The position numbers were made by a program, and so were the translations under genes. A stretch of 64,000 nucleotides of DNA from Podarcis liolepis (Eukaryota), in the NCBI GenBank assembly GCA_965112155.1, contig OZ218099.1, one strand, 5' to 3'. The notes below the pieces were generated by a model. The model saw nothing but the letters and a program-made list of their open reading frames with translations, did not search any database and was not told the origin of the DNA. Shown piece after piece: positions 63,851-64,000 of this stretch (positions within the stretch are counted from its first letter, which is position 1; each line of letters starts with the position of its first letter).

Positions 63851-64000
63851 ACAGCTTTACATAGACGACTGTGCTCTGTAAAGTAGGACAAATGACCATT
63901 CCATGATTCCACCACCCCAGCCACACTTGTATCACTGCACTATTCCCACACTGGCAAATTATATTTCACTCCCAAAACACATGGAACACCAAAAGGCTTG

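Noticed and set aside
1-64000. The supplied six-frame ORFs as protein-coding genes
   Set aside because: They are short, often lack ATG starts, show no recognisable domains, and many derive from microsatellites, MITEs or N gaps. Only L2 ORF2 remnants are recognisable.
1-64000. CRISPR arrays, operons or prokaryotic defence systems
   Set aside because: There are no repeat-spacer arrays and no gene-dense regions. The sequence is vertebrate non-coding DNA.

Overview
This is vertebrate non-coding DNA, not a prokaryotic or viral locus. The repeats (Sauria/Squam1, Squam2 and Squam3 SINEs, CR1 and L2 3' ends, hAT and Tc1/mariner MITEs, a Penelope-type fragment) indicate a squamate reptile, most likely a lacertid lizard. 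The draft assembly has three N gaps. None of the supplied ORFs is a credible host gene. The only recognisable translated remnants are decayed L2 ORF2 pieces (about 63600-63750 and 48100-48150). The only convincing gene part is a 146-nt minus-strand exon at 62018-62163 with canonical splice sites. From memory, without a search, it resembles a 5'-UTR exon of teneurin-4 (TENM4/ODZ4), which would make most of the window one very large intron. Repeat-free blocks rich in homeodomain, PBX-HOX and MEIS motifs look like developmental enhancers. Best leads: (1) one frame of the exon is open for 45 codons and ends in an overlapping AUGA stop/start, suggesting a uORF; (2) a TSD-flanked Penelope fragment carries a minimal hammerhead ribozyme whose catalytic G12 is mutated; (3) a tRNA-Asn-headed, CR1-tailed SINE; (4) several PBX-HOX plus MEIS motif clusters. 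I found no evidence of a wholly new multi-gene system. All family names come from recalled consensus sequences and need database confirmation.
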